From Isurus oxyrinchus (lineage: Eukaryota): a DNA stretch of 64,000 nt. The translations under genes were made by a program, and so were the position numbers. The stretch covers positions 113,026,001 to 113,090,000 of the forward strand of contig JANJGN010000010.1 of NCBI GenBank assembly GCA_026770705.1. The letters are read 5' to 3'. Below the pieces are notes generated by a model. It worked only from the letters and a program-made list of their open reading frames with translations. It was not told the origin of the DNA and searched no databases. Below, piece by piece: positions 12,080 to 25,454 of the stretch; the stretch's first letter is position 1, and each line of letters begins with the position of its first letter.

Positions 12080-13740
12080 AACAACAATAACATATTTATA
12101 TAGAGCCCTTAACATAATAAAACATACAAAATGTTTCACAGGAACATTATAAAACAAAATATGACAACGCGATACGTAAGATATTAGGTCAGAAGCTTGG
12201 TTAGAGAGGTAGGGGAAGAAAGCAAGATAGAGAGGAGGAGGGATGTAGGTAAGGAATTCCAGAGGTTAGGCCCTGGACAACTGAAGGCAAGGCAAACTAT
12301 GGTGGAGCAGTTAAAATTGGTGATGCTCAAGATGAGTGCAGATATCTAAAAGGGTTGTAGGGCAAGAGGAGATTACCAAGAAAGGGAGGGGTGAGTCCCT
12401 GGAGGGATTTGAAAACAAAGATGAGAATTTCAAAATCAGTATGTTCCTTGACTGGGAGAAATGGCAGGTCAGTGAGCGCAGGGGTGATAGGTGAATGGAG
12501 CCTGCTGCACTTTAGGACATGGGCTGCAGATGACCTCAGGTAATGGAGGGTAGAATTTGGGAGACCAGCCAGGACTGCATTGGAATTGTTGACTCTAGAG
12601 GTAAGGAGTCTTGTGTGTTCTTGAAAGATTCAACAGCAGATGAGCTGATGTTGGGCGATGATACAGAGGTGAAATTAGGCAGTATTAGTGGTGGCTTGAA
12701 TACGTGGTCAGAAGCTCATGGTCTTCATGACGCCAAGGTTGTGAACAGTTTGGTTAAATCTCGGACAGTTGGCAGGGAAACAGGTGGAGGTAGTAGCTAG
12801 GAATGAAGTTTGAAGCAGGGACCAAAACAATGGCTTCAGTCTTCCCAATACTTAATTGGAGGAAATGATTGCTCATCCAGTACTGGATGAGCAAAGCAGC
12901 CTGATAATTTAGCAAAAGTGGGGGAGTCAAGAGAGATGAGAACAGTCCCTTCAAGCTGTACAGTAGTGCAAAGGGACTGGTGGAAGATCACTCGTATCAG
13001 GCTGCAGACAGGTGGAGAAAGACTAAGAGGGATAGTTTACCATAGGCGAAGTCACATATAATGTAATTTGTGACTTTAGTAAGAGCTGTTTTGGTATTGT
13101 GGCAGGGGAGGAAACCTGATTGGAGAGCTTCAAACATGGAGTTCCGAGAAAATGAGCATGTCTTTGTGAGGTCACAACCCGTAAGAGGACTTTGGAGATG
13201 AAAGATAAGCTGGACATGGGACAGTAATTTGCAAGGACAGAAGGGTCAAGGGTTGGTGTCTTTAAGGAAAAAGGTGATGATGGCAGATTTAAAAGATGTA
13301 GGGACAATACCTGAGGAGAGAGAATATTAACATAATCTGCTAGCATGGAGACCAGGAGGGAAGTTGGATGGTTGGCAGTTTAGTGGGAATAGGGTTGAGG
13401 GAGCAGGAAATGGGTCTCATTGACAAGGTGAGTCGGTGAGGGCACGAGGGAAGATGGGAGAGAAACTAGAGAAAGATTCAAGTTCAAGGCTAGGGCTTGA
13501 GGAGCTTTAGAGGAAGTTTGGCCCAGTGGACTAGCGGAAGGGAGGAATGTGGCAGTGGCAGCTGATTCAATGGCCTCAATCCTAGTGACAAAGAAGTCCA
13601 TGAGCTCCTCGCATTTATTATTAGAGGTGAAGGTGGAGGAGAAGGAAGAGGGGTTTATGAGAGTAGTTTGTAGTAGAGAAAAGAAGCCGGGAATTATCTT
13701 TGCATTCCGGCATGATCCTAAAAGAGTGATTAGTTTTAGC
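12080..13740 (-). mobile_element. L2 LINE fragment with internal deletions
   Basis: Minus-strand KTPTLDPSVLANYCPMSSLSFISKVL, WMSNHFLQLSIGKTEAI and CEELMDFFVTRIEAI; L2-type 3' tail at ~12085-12145. Confidence 0.85.
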
Positions 13741-15043
13741 ATGTAATGTTTATTCAGATATTGTGGTTTATTTTGATATTATGCAAGTATGCTTGTCTCC
13801 AAAGTCAGATCCATCTCCTAGGATTCCTTGCCTCTAAGCAGCAGGATTAGATGGTTAATGTGATCATGTGTCAGGTTGCTTATCCCTTTGGGCAGTTAAT
13901 GTTTCTTGCGAAAGTGTGCAGTTCAAATGATGAGCAGTGATTGAAAGATTACCATAGTGTGATCAACTAAGACAGTGGTTTTGTTCTAAAAAAAAAACCT
14001 TTATGATAATGTACAGGAAAAACAAAAAAGAGATGAAAAAAACACAGGTGACAAACTTGTCAGGTCAGCACATAAAAGGCTGAAAAGCAATTCTGGTCAG
14101 CTGGAGCATGGTAACTTCAGGATTTCAGATATTCGGCTGTTTACCTTTTAAGATCAGATGGTGAAGTAGGCAACCCTCAGCGTTTCTTTCCATCTGTAGA
14201 CAGTGTAAATTAAGTTCCTGCTTACCAGAAGTGAAAACTCCTGTATTATGCACACATAACTGTGATCAATTTTTGTCTTGTCACTGCAGCCACAGTGCAT
14301 CGGGGGTGGTGGGGGTGGTGGGGTCGTGGGACAAATGCTGAGCAAATGAACTGCTGTGTCTGGATGACCTACCTTGAGTATTGCCAAAGTTGCAAGTAAA
14401 ACAAGAGAATGAAAGATGGTGGAGAGGCTTTACAGGGTGCGAAAATGAGCCACTTATCACAGAGGACTCTCATTCTTTCAAATGTTGACCATGTCACTGC
14501 ATTTTCAGTTTTGAATTCAGATTTTGCATTTTATCACATTTTCATAGCCTGTTATAGCAGTCTTAGTTTACAGATATATTCTCATTTATGGCTATAATAA
14601 TTACTGGATTATGGTAGATTTGTATTCCACTTCTCTTTTTTCCCTGTTGGCCTGTAATGTGATTAAATAAATTGTACAAGCCTATTGGACTGTGGCACCT
14701 GGCATTTTGTTTATAGCTTTCATTGTCCATTTCATTCTACATTATGGACTATTCATTATAGGATACACATTGTGATAATGCATAATAAACTTGTTTCCCA
14801 AGGGCTGTTATAATTCGGTGGGTTTTTTTAAAAACAATTGGCAGTTGGTGCCTCAATGAAAAGGACGAATGGGATTTTTAATTTTATATATAGTGATATT
14901 GAATGCTGTTATGAATGTTGAACTACAAGAAGGTTATATTTTAAAATGTCTCCTTTAAATTTATGGTGATAAAAAGTGTCCTGGATCGGGTGAATGATGG
15001 TCATAGTAAATTTCTGCCCAGAGACAGACCCACGTGATCTGAT

Positions 15044-16002
15044 TGTTATGGGAAATGAAATCCAAACCAAAACCTATTGAAAATCAAGTGACAGTTTTCA
15101 TACCTTGACACAGAAAAAGGAACAAATGCTCTTTAGATACAGGTATGGAAAGAGAGAGGGAGACAAAAGCAGTTGTGAAGAGGATTGTGAACTGTTTTTG
15201 TTTTAACACCTAAACAGAATGTTTATAAAAGCTGGTTTTCTATTTGAAAAGAGAACAGAATAGATGGGACTTTTGGGGATTTAAGGAACAAGAGTTGCCA
15301 AGGTGGACCTGGCTGGTGAAAGTTGGTTCTGATATATTCGGGCTGAGTGAAACAATTTTCGAAGGACATTAGGAAGTTCAGTCTGGCATGGCATGGAGAA
15401 GTGAGACTGCTGGAAAGCTGGGAGTAATTTGGGACTTAACCTTGTATTGTTACACTTCTGCCAGAAGTGCGGTGGACAGTGAATGGAGTTGTAAGATGTA
15501 TCTTGATTACATTACAGGTAGACCATTCTTTATTCGTATCTGAAAACCGAACTTTTTTTGAATGGTTGTGCAGTTATTTTGTATGTTAATAAAACAATGT
15601 AATATATTACAGGCATAATAAGTGTTAAAAAGTAAGAAGTAGGGTGCGTGAGAGTTGGCAAATGGAGAAACAACCTAGTATTTGTAAACTATAGCTAGCC
15701 TAGGCTTAGGCTTTTACAATGTAAGTAGGCCTAGACTTGCCATATGTATGATAGATCCGAAAACACAAATATCTGAATACTGAAACGCAATCAGCTCCTA
15801 GGGTTTCAGATAAAGAATACTCAACTTCTAATTCTGGCGAAAGTACCTCCTTTAGTTTGGGGTATTGCCTACTAAGTAATCTTTGATCTGCATTGATTTT
15901 AGTTTGTTTATTACTGTAAAAGTCTTAAAACATAAAATCATGCCCTTCGGTTATTTCTGTCGGTCGCTGGGAAATTAATCTTTTCTTACAAGGATCATAA
16001 TA
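15044..16002 (+). mobile_element. Possible solo LTR interrupted by a MITE
   Basis: Begins tgttatg and ends cataata (near-inverted termini), with TATA-like ttataaaa at ~15223. No TSD recovered. Confidence 0.35.
15515..15828. mobile_element. Tc1/mariner (Tigger/pogo-like) MITE
   Basis: TA-flanked imperfect TIRs: caggtagaccattctttattcg versus the reverse complement gaagttgagtattctttatctg. Internal atccgaaa motif. Confidence 0.6.
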
Positions 16003-16019
16003 CAGAAGGCAAGGAGGTG

Positions 16020-16450
16020 ATGATAAATCCATAGAGGACAGTGATTAAGCAACTGTTGGAATACTATGTGCAGTTTTGTGCACTTCAAGAAAGAAAGGAT
16101 TTTGGAATCATATTTTCACAAGGAAGTTGAAAATCTAAGGCTGTATTCACTACAGCAGCAAGCATTGAAAGGGATTTAGTTCAAGTGTTCAAAGTATTGC
16201 AACGGTTTGAGATGATAAACAGCGAAAGATTATTTTCACTGTTAGCGAATTGATGACGAGGTGGAATAATTTTAGGATTGTTACTAGGAACATGAAGCAG
16301 TAATTTGGAAGAATTTTAATTCATACAAAGGTTTATTAGAATAAGGCATATATTAACACAGATGATTGCTGAAGCACGGAATTGTGATTTTTAAAAGGGA
16401 ATAAGATAAATACTTGGAGAAGAAAATTACCAGGACATGCTCAAGAATTA
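16020..16450 (+). mobile_element. Degenerate CR1 ORF2 3' fragment
   Basis: LEYYVQF, L.LYSL and GDL.QVFK-like motifs; homologous to 29600-30050. Confidence 0.65.
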
Positions 16451-16459
16451 GAGAGTACA

Positions 16460-16775
16460 TTCGTCTTTCAGATGAAATTTTAAACCAAGGTCCCATCTGG
16501 CCTGTGAAAGATCCCATGGCATTGTTTGAAGGAAAAGAGGAGAGTTCTCTCTTGTGTCCTGGACAACATTGATGCTTTGATCAACATCACTAAAATAGAT
16601 TACCTGGTCATTATCCCAGCTCTGTTTGTGAAACCTTGCTGTGCATAAATTGACTCCTGCATTCCCTACCTCACAACTATGACTACAGTTTGAAATACTT
16701 TAATTGGTGGTGAAGTGTTTTGGGATAATGGGATTGTGAAAGACATCATACAGATTCAAGTTCTTGCTTTCTTTG
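16460..16775 (+). mobile_element. Deu-domain SINE (SacSINE1/AmnSINE1 superfamily)
   Basis: gtctttcagatgaaa..aaagatcccatggca..gtgtcctgg..aacatcactaaaa.agatta.ctggtcattat..tgctgtgcataaattg, followed by an L2-like 3' tail. Confidence 0.85.
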
Positions 16776-19700
16776 CGGAGAAAGACCAGGGAAATTACAT
16801 AGAATTGCATCATGGAAATGAACTGTTTGGTCCAAGCAGTCTGTGTTAGTCTTCGTCCTCCAAATTAGCAGTAGCCCTAATCCCCTGTCTCTGCTCTGTT
16901 CTCATATCCCTTTATCCTAGTTTCCTGCAATAATCTATCTAACCTATTTTTACATGTTAACATGGCTCTAATCAGTGCACCAACAACCTCCCATCCCTCA
17001 ATTTCTGAGAACCCTGTTCTCGATTTCTCACATAGCTTTCTTTCATGTGGTTAGGCTGGCATTTATTATCTATTCTTTGCCCAAGTTTCCCTCAAGAAGT
17101 TGGTGGTGCACTGCCATCTCAAACCACTGCAGTCAATGAAGTGAAAGCACTCTTACAGGTAGAGTGTTTTCAGACTCTTTACCCAACAACAATGAAGGAA
17201 TGTCTTCTACCTACCCCTTTTCATTCTAGCCATCCTGGCACCTTAATCCAATGTAGCTTACTTTGGTCCTCAAAATTATTTCCTGCACTTTCTATTTTCG
17301 AATCTGCACTCCCTCAAATTATTGATATATTGGACAGACGTGGTCCGAGAACAGAACTCTGAGATACTGCTACTAGTATCAACAACAATGAAAACTTCTA
17401 TTTATGTAGAGCTTTTAACATAAATTAAACGTCCCAAGGCACTTCACAAAGCCATTATAAAGTAAAGTATGACAAAACACTAACTTCAATCTGACCCAAA
17501 AAATTGTCCTTAACCCTTAAACTCCTAATTTCTACCGAATTTTTATTGCCCTTGCCTGAATACCATCCTCTTATTTTTCTCCCAAGTTTCCCAGTGTGGC
17601 CCCTTACCAAAGGTTTTCTGAAAGTCTACTTACAGGGTATCCACTGCATTTCCCTCATCCGCCATATCTTTCACCTCTTTAAAGAAGTACGATTGGTTTG
17701 TTGAGCAGAATCTTCTCTTTAGATGGGCAAAATGGCCTCCTGCCATGCAGAATTAATTCTATTATTTTAATTCTGTATCAGTATTCTTCAGACTTCGATA
17801 TTCATTCAGAAAATGTAGGCATGGATTTTCTGCTCCTTGTCATGGCAGGGCAGGAATGGAAAATATTGCAAGAAGGCAAAAATCAGTTTTACGTCATCAT
17901 AAATCACAATCACAAGTATGTGATTGTGCGCTGCAGCCTTCATTGGTGGGTCCCGTTTCCCGCTACAGCACATCAGGAACTTCATTTCAATACATTTACA
18001 TCTCGTTATAAGGACTGCTCACTAGAATCATCCCCCCACTCTGGATCCACAGGGGACATTGGAGCACAGTTAGACCGACATGTTTTGCGATATATAAGTG
18101 ACATGCAGCAGGCCACATGCATTTCGCTTGTGACTTTGAGGTTCGTTTGCCTACCTTGCAAGATGCAGTGCTCGTGGTATTCAACGCCAGACTTCACAGG
18201 CAGCACCATGGGAAGTGTTGGAGGTAAGTCTCTACCTACCAGACCAGTGGTAAGGCAGGGGTGACTTTTAATGGGCTGCAGGGTTAGGGCTGCACTAGGG
18301 AAGGGGGGCAAACTGGTTTGAGGCAAGGGAAGGAGCTGCAGGGCAAGGACTCCACTGAGGGATAAGAGCGGGGAAGGTTGCACTCAGACAGGGGGCATGG
18401 GGGGGAGGGGTGCAGGGGGTTAGTGTCCTCAGCGCTAGGATGGAGAGAGAGTATGTTATAGGATTACATAAGCGATTTGAGGCCAGAAAGGGAGGATCAC
18501 AATCAAGAAGCGCATCAGTTTACATTGTTGAGTCTGCAAACACTGTCCTTGTCTCAGCCCAAGAAGGGGGAGGGTGTGTCAGCCCAGCTCAGTGTGTTAT
18601 GCACAGCGCATTGTTGTAACCTTCTACATGTTGGTCCATTGGGCTTCTGGCATCATACTGGGCCTCAGATGGCACAATCAGTCACAGAGGCATCTACAGC
18701 CTTCAGATGGGGAAAAGGTATTGTGGGGGCAACCGAAGGTGTCAAGGGTCTATATGTTTAACTGTGCAAGTGATCTCAAGATGGGGAGGGATGAGGTGCA
18801 CACTGTCCCAGGCACATTCACTTCAAAATGTTCAGAGGCTAACAAAAGGGATATCCACCGCAATCACATTGGGATCAAGGAATACAGGGGGAGGATTGCA
18901 AGATCTTGGAGGGAAGGAAACCCGAACATTAAGCTCCTCCAAGGACAATGGGAGGGGTTTCCAGACTTTGTGAGTGTCCAAGCTGGTCTGGCAGTGTGAC
19001 CTCAGCACCACCATCTTCCAACCTGCAGCGATCGTGCAGTACGAAATTAAAATGAGGAGAAATACTGCTGGTGAGGACTTTGTGGGCAAATTTGAGGACT
19101 GATGCATGCGCTGGGAGGCCAATTAAAGGGACAGCCAACTGAACTGTGCATTCCCAAATGAGGAGAGATGCACAGCTTGACAACGTTAGGAACCTTTCAT
19201 TGACAATGCAGGGAATCAGGAGAGTGAAGCTATGATGCGCGTTCATGCAAAATTAATCCCGAAAAGTGGCACTAATCAATAATCTTGTATTAACACCTTG
19301 TTTACAGTGTGGCAGTTCCCCAGAGCGATAATGAACTCCAGAGCAATTGGGCAACTGGATAAGGTTCAGATGCACATTAGAATTGTGACGCTGACTGCTT
19401 CACAAAAGAGAAGGCCTCAGGCCCCCCTCAAATAATCTGAGTTCTTGACTCAACACTTTTCCTCATGTTTATTCCAAAAAGTAGTGTTGGAGTGCAATGA
19501 ACGAGGATCCCAGTACCTGGGCTGAAACCAGCACATCCAAGTGCCTGGCCAAAGCAATCTCATAGCAGTTGGCAAAGGTAGCAGAGGTGCGGAAGGGTTG
19601 GGGCATGTGGTGGAGAAGGAGCACCTTGAAACACACCTTGTGCTGGCCAGGATTTTGGGGACAAATAGTTGCTGACACTGGAACAAAGCCCTTGAACTCG

Positions 19701-19800
19701 TATTCACTGACGAGTCATTGACAGAAATAGGAATTTTGGAGGCTAATGCTGACTCATGTCTGTTTCTTATTAATGCTGCAGAGAGAAAACCATCAGGGAA

Positions 19801-20982
19801 ATGGAGCCTGGATTCATTGCTGCCTGCATAATGGCATATAGTCAGGAGAGAAGAAAGAGAATTTTGCGACATCTGGGGTACCTGGTTTGCCAAAGGGAGA
19901 AGCAAAACCCTCGAGAGCAAGAGGCAGCAGGGCACCCTCTGGATGCAGAGTATGAGGCTCACAGGAATGTCATGTGTAGAAGGCATGCAAGACCGAGGAT
20001 CTACAGACCTCCCATGTCTTATCTGCAAATGAGCGAGAGACAGAGCCGACGCCTCTGCAGGTCCATGGATCTGGTGACTCAGATTTGCCACAATCTCCTG
20101 CAATTGGCGCCACGGGGACTGGGTGGGTATCCATTGCCACTGCCTCTGAAAGTAACTGCTGCATTCAAATTGCGCCAGTGGCTCCTCCCAGGGATCTACT
20201 GGGGATCTCTGCAAGATCTTGCAAGCATCCGTGCACAAATGCATTCATGAGGTCACAGATGCCCTTTTTGTCAAGGCTCACAATTATGTCAACTTCAACA
20301 GAGATATAAGCCAAGATGCCAGAGCACTGGGCTTTGCTGCAATTTCTGGATTCCCACAAGTGCAGGGTGTCATTGACTGCACTAATGAGGCTATAAAAGC
20401 TCCCTGGCAACAGTCACTCCAATACATAAACTGGAAAGGCTACCTCTCGCTCAATGTACAGCTGCTCCACGACCTTGAGAAACTTATCATGCAGGTTTGT
20501 GCCAGCTATCAGGAAGCATCCACAACTCGTATATCTTGAGTAGATCGCAAATCCCGGACATTTTCGAGGGACCGTACAGGTTCCAAGGTTGGTTGCTCTG
20601 TGACAAGGGGTACCCACAAAGGACTGTGGCAGCCATGTAATCCTGCATAGATAAGGTACAATGAGGCCCATGCTGCTACCTGAACACCATGGGCATTTTA
20701 AGATGTGATTCTGATGCCTGGACAGATCTGGCTGAACAGTACACTCCCCAGAGGGTCTTGCGGATCGTCGTGGCTTGCTGCATGCTGCCCAACCTGACAC
20801 TGCAAAGGGGGAAGAACTTGCCAGATGCCAACATGGAGGAGCTGCACGTCTCCTCCGATGAGGAGGACATTGAAGGAGATGACAGCACTGAATTTGAGGA
20901 AGCTGAGGCTGTAGGGGAAGAGGCCATACCACAGGCCAGACAAGAGAGGCCTCATAGCCACCAGAGTCCACGAGGAAGATGA
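19801..20982 (+). pseudogene. Harbinger DDE transposase (HARBI1-like), frameshifted
   Basis: IYRPPMSYLQMSE, LPLPLKVTAA, GFAAISGFPQVQGVIDCT, NWKGYLSLNVQL, GWLLCDKGYP, YTPQRVLRIVVACCMLPN and an acidic C-terminus, split over ORFs 19801-20250, 20219-20539 and 20689-20982. Confidence 0.9.
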
Positions 20983-22554
20983 TGAATTGCACTGAGTATC
21001 CCCTTGGAACAGTGCCCTCCATCATAGGCCAACATGAACAACAGCATTGCTATTCCTCTTCAATATGAGAGTCAATAGTTACGCATCAGGCTCACATTGT
21101 CCTGACCCTTTTAAGGATGATGAAGCCTCGGGAGCATGTGTCCTTGCTGAGATGAGGTGCTAATTGGAGGAGGGTGTCCCGGCATCACACGTTGGAAAGT
21201 GTTGACTCTTCAAGCATCTCCCCAGCATCCCAGTTGCAACGGTAGCCTACTAGAGCCAGGAGCTGTCTCACTATCCTCAGTGGGCTTGTAGCTGTATGCC
21301 TTCAATCTGACAAAGCTCTTTCAGGGGATCCATCTTCAGCAATGGGACCATGCATTCTGTGAAATCTCGATAGTGAAACTGATAGATGATACTTGGGCCA
21401 AGGCAGCAGAGGACATTCTGCAGGTGTGAATCCATTTAGAGATGACTCAGTCCTCTGTGTCATCTTCTTCTCTATCACACTGACATCTGGCACTCTGTTA
21501 GGGATGCTGGCCTGCTTTTCTCTTCAGCTAAATATGGATGTAGACCACCTGAGAATGACTATGTTTAACCACTTGCAGGCCCGACATTGAAATGCCTCCC
21601 CTTTAAGACAGACATTGCGCCCTCATGGCCAGCCCTGGTCCTTGCGAACTCCAAATTGCTCAGACACCAAGGTCACAAGTCATTGCTAATGAAGAACAGA
21701 CTTCAGCTTCGGTGCATCCCCGCCCCTATCCCATTGCTCCCCTCAACGTTGTCTAAAGCTATGATGTTAGCTTACAGAACATGCTCAAAGGCTCTATTGA
21801 CTGCCAAAAAATCACCATTTGAAATTAGCATCACACGTCTCAGCAAGTGTTTGGGTGATGGGGCGCACAATTCTGCATCCCAGCATTGTGATGAGAGCCT
21901 TGTGGCCGCAGTACAGACAATTACAAACTGAAAAACGATCAAGTTTGTAGGTTTGAAAGCCACTCCCACTTATTGATGAGCATAGCAGACATACAGTTGG
22001 AAAGTCGGAAATGCAGTTGGCTGACAGGAGCACTCATGAGCTCTGAGTATGGGCTCATAGCATGAAAATCCTGCTGGATGACAGAGATTACATGGAGTTC
22101 CAGGATATATGACCCTTCTTCATGCGTAAACACATCTCCCTATGTACATTACACCTTCACCTTTCAAGAATGCAGACGAGATGAGAGAACACCTCTGCCT
22201 CAATCTTACACAGCCAAGAATAAATGTGATATGACCCTGCAAAGCATGTGAACGAGGTTCTTTCCACAAGCACACTTAACATTAAAGTTGAGGCATCACT
22301 GATGTTGAAGTAATGATGTGCAAAAGGGATACAAACTCTCGTGATATGGGAGTAGACTACTTAGATGAGAGGCCCATGATAGTGGCATCAGCAATAAGTG
22401 GGAGGACAGACCATGGTGTCACAACTGATTGACAGCAGCACAGTTTATCATAAAAAGGAGGCATACACAACAGGACATGTGAAATGGGTGCAATTCTATT
22501 TACATTTGTGAACATTATATACGTTTTGTGAACACCCATGCCACCATTGTGCTC

Positions 22555-24221
22555 CTAATTTTTTATTAACTTTCCTAACCCTACTGCTACATCCAGGTGC
22601 ATTCCCAACATCCACAGAGGAGATGGAGGCAGCCTGCTGTTGCTTGTGATGGCCTTGGCCGGTGTCCTCTGGAGGGCCCCAGCCTGCTTTGTGTCCTGCT
22701 GCAGGGCAGGTGCACCCTCCTCAGCCTGTGGATCTGAAGGTGGTGGGGTCACAGGAAGAGAGGATTGGGAGCAACTGGACAGTTCCGGAGTCACCTGGGT
22801 GGATGGTCCTGGTGTGTCCAGCAGCTGGCGGTCCTCCCTATGGGTGCCCAAGTGCCCCTGGCTGACCCCTTGAGGAGAAGGGGCAGCTGGAGTGAGATCT
22901 ATGTGCCACCAATGGCTATAGCAATGGAGTATTGCTCCTGCAGTAGTGCAGGATTGATGTCCTGGACCAAGGAGCCCGTGGCAGCCGCCGTCCTACCAAT
23001 GTTAACTTTGGTGTGTTGGCATGCTGACGCTATCACCTCAGACTGAATGTGGATAGACTCCTCCATCGCCATTGCAATCTGAGAAATGCAGCTGACATCC
23101 CTTCCTGATGTTCCCGTGATTGTTGCTGAAGCTCCACAAACTGAGTTAGGACCAAGTCCAGAGGCTCGTCATCTGACTGCAAATTCCTGGCCTCCAAGAG
23201 TCCTCTGAATGCCAGTGACTGCTGATGCCCCTGCCTCTGCTTGCTGTGGACCAAATTGTGTGCTGTGCTTACCAGATTGTGACCCTGAGACTGCTCTAGA
23301 ACTAGGTCCCACTGAGGTGTATGTCTCTGCGATGCTGGAGGGTGTAAGTTGGTGCTGTGAAGGGTCTTCTGTGGTGCTCTGTTCTTGTTCCTCATCTGAG
23401 ATGTCGTCTGGGCTGGAGCTGAGGGCCTGGCTTGTGATGCTCTCGTGCGCTTTCCAGAGGTGCCAATGAAAGAGTGTAGAGATAATTAGTGCATGGCAGG
23501 TGACTCTAAAACAGGACAAAGCACTTACAGTATGGTTGTCCGAGGGATGAGCTGGTGCAGGATACTCACTTGGATGTGCGCTGCCTACCTCACCATTGCC
23601 ACAGGCACAGTCCACATTCTCTGCAGCCAGCTCAATGGCTCAATTCTTGTAGGGAGTGAGGACCTTGAATTCGGGCACACCATCCCTGGTCTGAGACCTC
23701 TCCCCCAATGGTGTGTGAGCTTGTCCTGCATAAAAATAGATGGAGAGTGTGAGTAGGACACATGTCAGGGCAGATGATGAGGATGTCTGCCATGTTTGGG
23801 TGGTGAATCAGCCATGGACAGGATGAGGACACAAACTGCAGAGGATATGAGCCTAGATGGAGATGTGAAGGTATGTGAGTGGTGATGTCCCTTGAGCTTG
23901 CAGTATGTTTGATGCTAGTGAATGTGTGACAGCCTAGTGAATGTGTGAGTTGACAGTGATGAAATGATTGACTTATCGTGGTGGCGCGGACGAGATCATT
24001 CATTCTCTTTCTGAACTGGGTAGCTAACCTCTTCTGTGCTGTGTTGGCACTGACCACTGCTACCACCGCCTCCCATGCTGGAGTGGTGAGGTTGGTGGAC
24101 TCCTCCAGCCATTATGGGGGGGGGGTAGAGGACATCGTAGCGGGCCTTGACTGCGTTCAGCAGGTATTCCAGGGAGGCATCACTGAATTTGGGCGCAGCT
24201 GTCTTCTTCCCCCTCTCTCAT
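22555..24221 (-). pseudogene. Harbinger Myb/SANT-like DNA-binding protein gene, intron-containing and decayed
   Basis: KKTAAPKFSDASLEYLLNAVKARYDVLY and WEAVVAVVSANTAQKRLATQFRKRMNDLVRA. Degenerate donor ~23977, acceptor ttttatgcag ~23727, donor gtaagt ~23528. TATTTAAA upstream at ~24272-24279. Confidence 0.8.
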
Positions 24222-24719
24222 CTGTGGCAGTCCTGGGCTGCAGATATTGGAAAGGCTGTGCACGGGTGCCGTTTAAATATGGCGACTGAGTGAGGAACTG
24301 GTGAGCTCACGGCGGCTGGGTGGATTGATCCACCATGTTTCCCGTTCGCGCATGATTAATGAGGCGGGAAACAGATGACATGGCATGAAAACCCGCCATT
24401 ACGGCTGGGGTGGGGGGGAGTAAAATTCCAATTTTTCGTACCCCTTACCACATTTAGTACTTGGAAGGGAAAATCCCACCCATAGTGCTTATACTGACTC
24501 TTGTGTAATCATAGATGTAGGAACTATCCAGCGTATTCAAATTTAGAATAGAATTATAACAAAATAGTGAATGTGGAGATAAATGTGGACATTTTCAGAA
24601 TGAAAACTGACAAATCAACTCATTCTGAAGCAACTCAGAGCAACATTCAACTGTTTGGGTACCATGATTTAACTTTTTGCACTATTTGTATCCAGTTTTT
24701 GTTTCCATATTTCAGAGTT

Positions 24720-25454
24720 CGCAGGGTTTTGCAGATGACGGGGTTACCTGCCCCCATCACCCAAAGAGTTGGTGGTGAATTCAACCCCACTGATGCTGGC
24801 TGTCCTACAGCCATTTAGCGCTCCATAGAGCATTAATTGGCTTGAGGTGGGATTTCTGCCCAGTAATCTGATTGGCCAGCTGCTCTGTAGCCCTAGAAGC
24901 ATCACTGGGCGTAGTGCCCATTACTGGGATTACAAGCAATCCCACCAGTCGAAGTGCTGGATACCTACAGAGCCAAGTAAGTCCAGGATCTCACAATGGA
25001 GACGAAAGGGGAGGCCTGGGGTTTGTGGGGAGAGGAGGTGGGGCATCGCGAAGGCAAGGCAATTAGGTGGGGTCAGGGGGAGTGAATGTTCACCAATCTG
25101 GAAAGTGGGCCAGTAATGGAGGTGCCCTCCCTACCCCTCCCCTTACCCACCTGAGGTCTGAGCAGGGTGATCAGCTAGGCTTCATCCTCCTGCCCAAGAG
25201 CTCCTGCCGCTCAAAATTACAGCTGGGCATGATTGGCCACTTAAGAGCCTTGATACCTCAATTTGGGTGAGGATGGGATGGACTGCCCTAGGCCTTGTCC
25301 ACTCACTACCCCCCCGCCCCCCCTCCACCTCCCAACCAGTAAAATGGCAGACAGCTTTAGGATGAACAGTAAGGTGGTGGGTAGGCCACCTGAGAATTTT
25401 ATGGACCCCCCTTGCTTGCAAATCTGCCAGCAGGGGACCATAAATTTCTGCCCC
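24720..25454. mobile_element. Non-autonomous Harbinger-like element
   Basis: Right end aaatttctgcccc resembles the gggcagaatttt TIR at 45489. Inverted internal motifs gccattt/aaatggc. Left TIR eroded. Confidence 0.5.

Larger units (their letters stand above)
17818..24481 (+). mobile_element. PIF/Harbinger DNA transposon, near full length and decayed
   Basis: Imperfect TIRs ggcatggattttc (17818) and gaaaatcccaccc (24469-24481) enclose a convergent transposase and Myb/SANT gene pair. Confidence 0.8.

Noticed and set aside
18840-18915. DIHRNHIGIKEYRGRIAR as a Gypsy integrase zinc-binding motif
   Set aside because: Only a loose resemblance; no downstream CxxC or DDE core visible.
19450-20244. 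264-aa minus-strand ORF, and similar ORFs 20414-21025, 40218-40913 and 40720-41577
   Set aside because: Antisense or alternate-frame shadows of transposase or RT sequence with no independent motifs.
19801-20982. Domesticated host HARBI1 gene
   Set aside because: Frameshifts, an internal deletion, TIR-like ends and a convergent Myb partner indicate a decayed transposon.
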